This document shows, one piece after another, positions 55,743 through 64,000 of a DNA stretch of 64,000 nucleotides. Position numbers and translations under genes: made by a program. This stretch comes from Eledone cirrhosa (Eukaryota): NCBI GenBank assembly GCA_964016885.1, contig OZ024763.1, positions 16,864,001 to 16,928,000 of the forward strand. Direction: 5' to 3'. The notes below the pieces were generated by a model. That model was given only the letters and a program-made list of their open reading frames with translations, had not been told where the DNA came from and made no database searches. Positions within the stretch are counted from its first letter, which is position 1. Each line of letters opens with the position of its first letter.

Positions 55743-56285
55743 AGGGTAGAGCTGTTACCTTTGCAGGGGAGGTAGGACTGCTGCAATAAGTGCGTGAATT
55801 ATATTCTTAAGCCCCCTTCCTAAAACTATAACAGAAGCTCTCTCTCTCTCTCTCTCTCTCTATTATATATATATATATATATATACCTGGGTGCCGAAAA
55901 GTTCCTGGCTTAAGGGTATATTGAAAGGGTAGAGCTGTTACCTTTGCAGGGGAGGTAGGACTGCTGCAATAAGTGTGTGAATCTGAGATAGGAATATGTT
56001 GAATAAAGTCATAATTAACTGATTCTCCTGTATTTTCTTTTACCCAAAGCCAGGAAGTTTTCAGCACCAGGGTATATATATATCTTATTACACCCAACAC
56101 CGAAACGGGTGTAATAATAAAAATTTCCCTCCACCCCCGAAAATAGAAAGCAAAAAAACAAAATAACAAAAAAGAAAACTCTTAACCCACTGCACGATTT
56201 AAACATATTCTCTGAACAAACTAACAACTTAGGTAGGGCCTCATATTTCGCAGGAGCCTGTAGACAATTAATAGGCACATATATG
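55743..56285 (-). repeat. Inverted duplicate of 44090-44642, including the mariner MITE
   Basis: Near-identical; ORF-track entries 44206 (+) and 55807 (-) give almost the same translation. Confidence 0.9.
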
Positions 56286-56419
56286 CTTCTACAGCTTTTG
56301 TAAGAACTTCTGGTGTCATATTTTTAACGAGATTTTTATTTTATTGTTTAGGACCCCTTAGCACATCTAAATTCTTTGCTGCCAATCACGCTATATATAG
56401 GTACTCTTGGGTCCCAAAT

Positions 56420-56600
56420 AATTGTTTCTATTTTTGACACAAGGCCAGCAATGACCCAGTGCATTACTGGTACTTTATTTTATCGACCCCGTAAGGATGA
56501 AAGGCAAAGTTGAACCGCGACGAGATTTGAAATCAGACCGTAAAGGCAAGAAACTATGCTGGAAAGCATGGCGTCCAACCCTCTACCGATACTGCCAATT
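56420..56600 (-). mobile_element. SINE family A
   Basis: Family match. Confidence 0.8.
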
Positions 56601-56879
56601 CCAAATAATTCAGTGGGTTTGGACATTTGCTTAATTACTTATAAGTGGAGGCGTTGGGAAATCAGTAATTGTATATTGTAAGGTTTTTTTAATGTAAAAT
56701 AAAATTATTATTAGATTCTCCAGCTGCTGTTACAATAAAAATTTTTCATGTTCCCTTTAATTGAGTGTTTTGTTTTTTTTATGAACAGTTTGGTAAGTTA
56801 AGTCCAGCACTGCTTGGTCAGAAACCAATCAGAGAGTGACCAATCATTTCAGTTTGCCCTCTTTGTAATTTTCAAAATC

Positions 56880-58070
56880 AAGAGTAACGTTACTTGGTAG
56901 AGTGCAAAGCTCGAAGATCAAAGAGTCGCTCTAGATAGAGCTGCCACTTCTCCGAATTTAGAGATCACAGCTCCGATACTATGGACATATAATTAGAATG
57001 TCTCAGGAAAGATTCACTGGAGTTGCTCTAGGTAGAGCAACTACTTCTCCGAATTGAGAGATCACAGCTCTGATACTATGGACATGTGGTTAGAATGTCT
57101 CAAGAAAGATTCACTGGACAAATTTGTAGCTCAGAGATCAGAGAGTCACTCCAGGTAGAGCTGCTACTTCTCCAAATTGAGAGATCACAGCTCTGATACT
57201 ATGGACATGTGGTTAGAATGTCTCAGGAAAGATTCACTGGACAGATTTGTAGCTCAGAGATCAGAGAGTCACTCCAGGTAGAGCTGCTACTTCTCCGAAT
57301 TGAGAGATCACAGCTCTGATACTATGGACATGTGGTTAGAATGTCTCGGGAACGAATCACTGGACAGATTTGTAGCTCAGAGATCAGAGAGTCACTCCAG
57401 GTATAGCAACTACTTCTCCGAATTGAGAGATCACAGCTCTGATACTATGGACATGTGGTTAGAATGTCTCAAGAAAGATTCACTGGACAGATTTGTAGCT
57501 CAGAGATCAGAGAGTCACTCTAGGTAGAGTTGCTACTTCTCCAAATTGAGAGATCACAGCTCTGATACTATGGACATATAATTAGAATGTCTCAGGAAAG
57601 AATCACTGGACAGATTTGTAGCTCAGAGATTAGAGAGTCACTCCAGGTAGAGCCGCTACTTCTCTGAATTGAGAGATCACAGCTCTGATACTATGGACAT
57701 GTGGTTAGAATGTCTCAGGAAAGAATGACTGGACAGATTTGTAGCTCAGAGATCAGAGAGTCACTCCAGGTAGAGCTGCTACTTCTCCAAATTGAGAGAT
57801 CACAGCTCTGATACTATGGACATGTGGTTAGAATGTCTCAGGAAAGAATTGCTGGACAGATTTTACAGGAATAATCAACCGGCAAGAAACCCAGGGGTAG
57901 ACCACGAGCAAGATGGTTGGCTAACATCCATGAGCTTGGCTGGTAACGTTTGGGGATCCAGCTGGATCAACTGGAGACAGTTGCTTCTGACAGGACCCGC
58001 CGGAAGGAGTGTTTGAGGACTCTGTCCCTTATGACCCTCACAAGAATAAGTGGGTGAAGAAGAAGAGATA
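56880..58070 (+). mobile_element. RTE LINE 3' end with 8 tandem 123-bp units
   Basis: Unit starts at 57151, 57274, 57397, 57520, 57643, 57766 plus two degenerate upstream units; then PRGRPRARWL..DRTRRK and a gaagaagaaga tail. Confidence 0.85.
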
Positions 58071-58279
58071 AATAAAATAATCTACATTTATTCCAATATA
58101 TCACCTGTGTTGTTTTATTTGTTGTTGTAGTTGTATTATTGAGATCAATATATTGGTCATGCAGTACTGTAAACGTAACTTTATTGACATTTATAGAGAA
58201 AAAAAAAATAGAACTGAACAGAAATTATATTATTATTTCAGTAATTGGAGAAGAGAAGGATTGGGGGAGGGGGAACCCA

Positions 58280-59800
58280 ACACCCCAACTACCACCCCTT
58301 TGAAAAAGCAACAAACAAACACTATCATCAACTCAAACACCACTCCATTAAAAAACTAACAACCGCCAACACCCCACCCCATTAAAAAAACTAACCAACA
58401 CCACCTCCACCCCATTAAAAAACTAACAACACCTTCACTCCATTAAAAAACTAACCAACACCAACACCACCTTTATCCCATTAAAAAAACTAACAACAAC
58501 CAACGCCACTTTCACCCCATTAAATTTTGTTTAACAAACACCACTAAACTCCATTAAAAAAACTAACAACTACCTTCGCCCTGCTAAAAATAATATTAAT
58601 AACCACCTATACCACATTAAAAAAATTAATAACCACCTCCACCCAATTAAAAAAAAAAATCAACCACCACCAACGCCGCCTCTACCCCATTAAAAAACTA
58701 ACAGCCATAAACACCTTCATACCCCTAAAAAAACCACCAACCACCCCTTTAAAAACCAACAACCACCAACACAAACACCACCCCTTCTAAAAACCAACAA
58801 CCATCAACACCGCCTTCACCTACAAACCAATACCATCCTAAAAACACAACCATCTCCACATTTAAAATCATCACTAACACCACCCCTTAAAACTATAAAA
58901 AAAAACAACCACTGCCACCACCACCACCCTAAAAAGTCACGAAGACCACCCCTAAAATAAATAACTACCACGACCACCCGTAACAAACACCACCATTAAC
59001 AAACCCAACACAAACACTACCCCTTTACAGACCAACGCAACCACCACCCCTAAAAACCAACCCCCATTCCTTAAAAACAAACACCCACTCCCTAAAAGCT
59101 AAACCCCACTCCCTAAAAACTAAACCCGATTTCTTAAAAACAAACACCCACTCCCTAAAAGCTAAACCCCACTCCCTAAAAACTAAACCCGATTTCTTAA
59201 AAACGAACCCCACTCCCTAAAATCTAAACCCCACTCATTAAAGACGAACCCCACACCCTAAAAATATCAACCCCTACTCCCTAAAAACCACCCCACTCCT
59301 TAAAAACGAACCCCACTCCCTAAAAACTAAACTCCACTCCTTAAAAACGAACCCCACTCCCTAAAAACTAAACTCCACTCCTTAAAAACGAACCCCACTC
59401 CCTGAAAACTAAATACCAGTCCTTAAAAACGAACCCCACTCCCTAAAAATATCAACCCCTACTCCCTAAAAACCAACCTCCACTCCCTAAAAATCATCCC
59501 CACTCCTTAAAAACCAACCCCACGCCCTAAAAACCAACAATCCACACCACCTCTCCTAAAAACCATCACTAACATCACCCGTTAAAATAACCAACCACCT
59601 CTAAAAAAAACAAAAATAAAACCACCTGTAACAAACACCACCACCACCACAAGCCCTAAATACTAACACAAACACCACCACCACCATACAAACCAACACA
59701 GCCACCACCCTTAAAAAAATAACACAAACACCACCGCCCCTAAAAATCAACAACCACCGCTAATAACACAACCAACACAAACACCACCACCACCACTCTA
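58280..59800. repeat. C/A-rich low-complexity region with a ~20-bp minisatellite core (59050-59530)
   Basis: aaccccactccctaaaaact units; minus strand reads ttttagggagtgggg. Confidence 0.85.
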
Positions 59801-59846
59801 ACAAAAACAAGCATAAAATAAGAAGCCCATTGTTAGTTTGTTTTTT

Positions 59847-61299
59847 TTAACCCTATCTACTATATATACTATTGTATTTTCACGGTAAAGGCTTTACTTC
59901 ACTTAATTATTTCACATAATATCTCACAGATTCGAAATTATTTATTTTGAGAACAATACCTTAACATCAGTATGAGTGGCCAGTTACGGCCAGTTTAAAT
60001 GCTAAAGGATTAAGCAAACCCCAACACTAACTGGATAGGATGCCAGTCCATCTCAGAATTAATAATCCCTCTAGAAGTTGTTGCACTCGTGCTGCTACTT
60101 TTCAATTTCCTCTGGGTCGACAGGGGTCAACGTGAAATGAAGGACTTTTGCCCAAGAAAAGAAAAGAGAACACAACAACACAACGCAACCAGCCTGGCCT
60201 GCCCCAGGAATCGAACTCACGACATTACGATAGATCATACAAAAAAAAATAAATGACCATCAGTTTCAATGATGATTATTCAGTTATTTGATTAGGACAC
60301 ATTATACGATTTAATTAACCCTTTAGCATTTACACTACTCTACTTTTGACACAAGGCCAGCAATACCCAGTGCATTACTGGTACTTTATTTTATCGACCC
60401 CGTAAGGATGAAAGGCAAAGTTAACCTCGACAGGATTTGAACTCAGACCGTAAAGGGACGTAACTATGCTGGAAAGCATGGCGTCCGACCCTCTACCGAT
60501 ACTGCCAGTTCACCGCGCTTTATACTCTATAAATAGTATTCTATTTGTGTGGTAAAGGCTTCACCTCACATAATATCGAATCTATGAGATTTTGATATTA
60601 TTTATTTTGAGAACAATACCTTAACATCAGTATGAGTGGCCAGATTGAACAGAAAAAGGTGAGAGAATTCTCGCTGGATATGGCTGGTTTAACCCTTTAG
60701 CATTTACATTACTCTATATTTACTATTCTATTTTCACGGTAAAGGCTTTTACCTCACATAATTGTTTCTACTTTAGGCACAAGTCCAGCAATTACCCCAG
60801 TGCATTACTGGTACTTTATTTTATCGACCCCGTAAGGATGAAAGGCAAAGTCAACCTCGGCGGGATTTGAACTCAGATCGTAAAGGGACGTAACTATGCT
60901 GGAAAGCATGGCGTCCGACCCTCTACTGATACTGCCAATCCTCTCACATAATGGGCGGTGGATTGGCAGTATCGGTAGAGGGTCGGACGCCATGCTTTGA
61001 CGTATAGAGTTACGGCCCTTTCCATTCTGAGTTCAAATCCTGCCGAGGTCAACTTTGCCTTTCATCCTTACGGGGTCGATAAAATAAAAGTACCAGTAAT
61101 GTACTGACTAATTGCTGGCCTTGTGCCAAAAGTAGAAACAGTAATTATCTCACATAATACTGAAGCCACGAGATTTTGATATTTATTTTGAGAACAATAC
61201 CTTAACACCAGTATGAGTGGCTAGTTACAGCCGCTTTGAACAGAAAGAGGTAAGAAAGTTCTGTCCGGATAAGACCGGTTTAAATGCGAACGGGTTTAA
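59847..61299. mobile_element. Three MITE D copies with nested SINE A insertions (60340-60515, 60760-60940, 60953-61140)
   Basis: TTAA-CCCT starts at 59847, 60315 and 60689; SINE pair head-to-head with ctcacataat duplications. Confidence 0.8.
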
Positions 61300-61526
61300 T
61301 CAAAGATTTCCCCAATTTTCTCTCATGTCTTTTTTTTTTTTTTTTTAAAGTTTTGTTTTTCTCGCCGTCCCTTTTCCAAGTTGTGGTTTATCCAAATATA
61401 TTTGGGGGAATCCTCCGTGTTCTGTACAGCACAACTTCTCAGCCACGCCATCACCCTCGACTCTCTGACTTTCATAGCCAAGTTGTCGGCAAATCCGAGT
61501 TGTCTCGCACTTTGTCACTGTGTAAA

Positions 61527-62996
61527 ATCATCATCACCGCCACTACCACCACCACCACCACCACCACCACCACCACCACCACCGCCACTACCACCGCCAC
61601 TACCACCACCACCACCACCGCCACTACCATCGCCACTACCACCACCATCATCACCGCCACTACCACCGCCACTACCACCACCACCACCACCGCCACTACC
61701 ATCGCCACTACCACCACCATCATCACCGCCACTACCACCGCCACTACCACCACCACCACCACCGCCACTACCATCGCCACTACCACCACCATCATCACCG
61801 CCACTACCACCACCACCACCGCCATTATTATCGCCACTACCACTAACACTACCATCATCACCACCAACACCAACACCACCACCATCATAAACTACTACTA
61901 CTACCACCATTACTACTACTACCACTACTACTACCACCATTACTACTACAACAACTACCACTACCACTACTAGTACTACTACTACTACTACTACTACTAC
62001 TACAGTAGCTACTATTCGAAAGTTGAGGGAACACCCCCTAATACAAAGATCACCGCCGCAACCACCACCATCAATGCCAACAACAACAACAACAACAGTA
62101 TCCAGAGATAAGAAACTCAACAACTACTACTACTACTACTACTACCATTGCTACAACCATTACTACTACTACTACTACTACTACTACCACTACTACTATT
62201 ACTACTACTACTACTACCACCACTGCTACTATTATTACCACTACTTCTACTACCATTGCTACAACTATTACTACTACTACTACTACCACCACCACCACTA
62301 CTACTACTACCACTAATATTACTACTACTACTACTACTACTAATAGAACGAAAAACCCCGACGGTAGAAAGATCACCGTCGCGACCACCACCACCACTAT
62401 CACCACCACCACCACCACCACCACCACCACCACCACCACTATCACCACCACCACTATCACTACCACCACCACCACCACAACAACAACAATCACCACCACC
62501 ACCACAACCACAACCACCACCACCACCACTATCACCACCAACACCACCACTACACAACCACCACCACAACAATCACCACCACCACCACCAACAACAGCAG
62601 CAGCAATAGCAGCAGTTGTTGGAATTCCATCTCTACAAACATCAACAGCAGCACTTGCAGCAGCAGCAGCAGCACTATCGTTAACTTTAACGTAGGGGGG
62701 TGCTGTCTGGTTCTATAACAACAACAGCAGTAACAACATCAACAACAACAACCAACAACAACAGCAGCAGCAGCAGTAACAACAACAACAACAACAACAG
62801 CAGTAACAACAACACCAACAACAGCAGTAACAACAACAACAACAACAACAACAGCAGTAACAACAACACCAACAACAACAACAGCAGTAACAACAACACC
62901 AACAACAGCAGTAACAACAACAACAACAACAGCAGTAACAACAACACCAACAACAACAACAGCAGTAACACCAACAACAACAACAGCAGCAGCAGT

Positions 62997-63027
<31 letters not shown>

Positions 63028-63870
63028 CCAACAACAACAACAGCAGCAGCAGTAACAGCAACAACAACAACACCAACAACAACAACACCAACAACAACAA
63101 CACCAACAACAACAACAGCAGCAGCAGTAACACCAACAACAACAACACCAACAACAACAACACCAACAACAACAACACCAACAACAACAGCAGCAGCAGC
63201 AGCAGTAACAACAACAACAACAACAGTAGTAGAAGCGACAAACTCAACCGTCACAGCAACACCTGCAGTAGTATCATCATCACCACCACCACCACCACCA
63301 CCATCAACAACATCATCACCATCATCAACATCACCACCACCACTACCACCACCACCATCACCATCAACACTACCATCATCACCATCACCACCATCACCAT
63401 CACCACTACCATCACCATCATCACTACCACCATCACCACCATCATCACCACCACCACCACCACCACCATCACCACCACCATCAACAACATCATCACCACC
63501 ACCACCACCACCACCACCATCAACATCACCATCATCACCATCACCATCACCATCAACAACATCATCATCATCACCACCACCATCATCAACATCAACATCA
63601 ACATCATCACCATCATCAACATCACCACCACCACCATCACCATCAACAACATCACCATCATCATCATCATCATCATCACCAACAACATCATCATCACCAT
63701 CACCACCATCATTATCACTATCACCATCATCACCACCACCACCATCACCATCAACAACATCACCATCATCATCATCATCATCATCACCAACAACATCAAC
63801 AACACCATCATCACCATCACCATCATCACCATCACCATCATCACCATCACCATCATCACCATCAACTACA
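61527..63870. repeat. Trinucleotide tracts (CAC, CTA, CAA/CAG, CAT)
   Basis: Direct inspection. Confidence 0.92.
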
Positions 63871-64000
63871 GGAAGCGAGCACCAAACTGCCGGCTGAGAT
63901 ACAACTGTAGTAGTAGTGTGAGTAGAGTGAGTGATGGTGGTAGGAGTTGCTAGGAAGCAGCAGCAGCAATAGTGAAAGTACTCGCAGTGGAATTGCAGTA

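Noticed and set aside
62700-63953. Asn/Thr/Ile-rich 417-aa ORF
   Set aside because: Trinucleotide repeats only.

Overview
This is repeat-saturated eukaryotic DNA, most likely an octopod cephalopod. That assignment is inferred from the SINE types and the extreme (TA)n/(CA)n/(GAT)n microsatellite load. No host protein-coding gene can be called with confidence, and almost the whole ORF track is microsatellite or satellite translation. The window holds tRNA-derived SINEs of at least three families; decayed RTE, CR1-like and Tx1/L1-like LINE pieces; a Penelope-like (PLE) GIY-YIG remnant; mariner, pogo-like and piggyBac-like (TTAA) non-autonomous elements; and a 4.8-kb 30-bp satellite. The most striking signal is about 16 minimal type-I hammerhead ribozyme motifs (CUGANGA...GAAA...UH, paired stems I/II, palindromic stem III). 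They come from several families and sit in short non-coding modules embedded in (TA)n tracts. Many are divergent fold-back pairs, consistent with non-autonomous PLE pseudo-LTR/retrozyme-like elements. A second theme is in-place tandem amplification of TE 3' segments (RTE 123 bp, Tx1-like ~245 bp, CR1 59 bp, MITE 72 bp). Coordinates were read by eye and may be off by a few bases.
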